64,000 nt of DNA from Deltaproteobacteria bacterium HGW-Deltaproteobacteria-4 (GTDB lineage Bacteria > Desulfobacterota > Desulfuromonadia > Desulfuromonadales > UBA2197): assembly GCA_002841765.1 (NCBI GenBank), contig PHAV01000006.1, positions 77,975 to 141,974 on the forward strand. The letters are read 5' to 3'. Below the pieces are notes generated by a model that was not told where the DNA came from, made no database searches, and saw only the letters and a list, made by a program, of their open reading frames with translations. Positions 63,938 through 64,000 of the stretch are shown piece after piece; positions within the stretch are counted from its first letter, which is position 1, and every line of letters begins with the position of its first letter. A program made the position numbers and the translations under genes.

Positions 63938-64000
63938 TTGCTTTTGTTTTTCATCAATCTTAAAAATAAAACGAAGTAAAGCCCCAAATACTTACCACCC

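Overview
A 64-kb, GC-rich chromosomal segment. From gene content it looks like a Desulfuromonadales (Geobacter/Desulfuromonas-type) deltaproteobacterium; that placement is inference only. I call about 50 protein genes, one tRNA-Ser(GGA), a cobalamin riboswitch, a TPP riboswitch, several intrinsic terminators and three families of intergenic repeats. Main blocks, left to right: (1) a porin-cytochrome extracellular-electron-transfer cluster on the minus strand; its largest gene runs off the left edge and is missing from the ORF track. (2) A ThiC paralog behind a cobalamin riboswitch, likely BzaF-type 5-hydroxybenzimidazole synthase. (3) A futalosine-type menaquinone block (ubiA-family, ubiX, mqnE, mqnC) followed by hisC-mutY. 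(4) A RadC/JAB-DinG fusion helicase. (5) A triple-GAF sigma54 activator translationally coupled to a CCA-type nucleotidyltransferase. (6) tRNA-Ser followed by an AT-rich islet with a MucR/Ros regulator. (7) mtnA-glnE. (8) A TPP-riboswitch thiF(ThiS-fused)-thiS-thiG-thiH-thiE operon, interrupted by a MITE-like repeat. (9) A 12.5-kb locus where three DUF294-type nucleotidyltransferase paralogs each sit beside Na+/solute (acetate-type) symporter modules, together with an IclR regulator, an orphan promoter+terminator unit and a repeated ACAAGAT motif. (10) slyX, B12-radical-SAM, KamA-like, msrB and a SpoU methyltransferase, then ubiE/menG, asmA-family, alr and a stand-alone ASKHA (DUF4445) gene. 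No CRISPR array, integrase, transposase or recognisable defence operon is visible. The most interesting unexplained items are the DUF294/symporter locus, the JAB-DinG fusion and the ACGGAT-array MITE-like element. All family assignments come from motifs read by eye and need HMM or BLAST confirmation.
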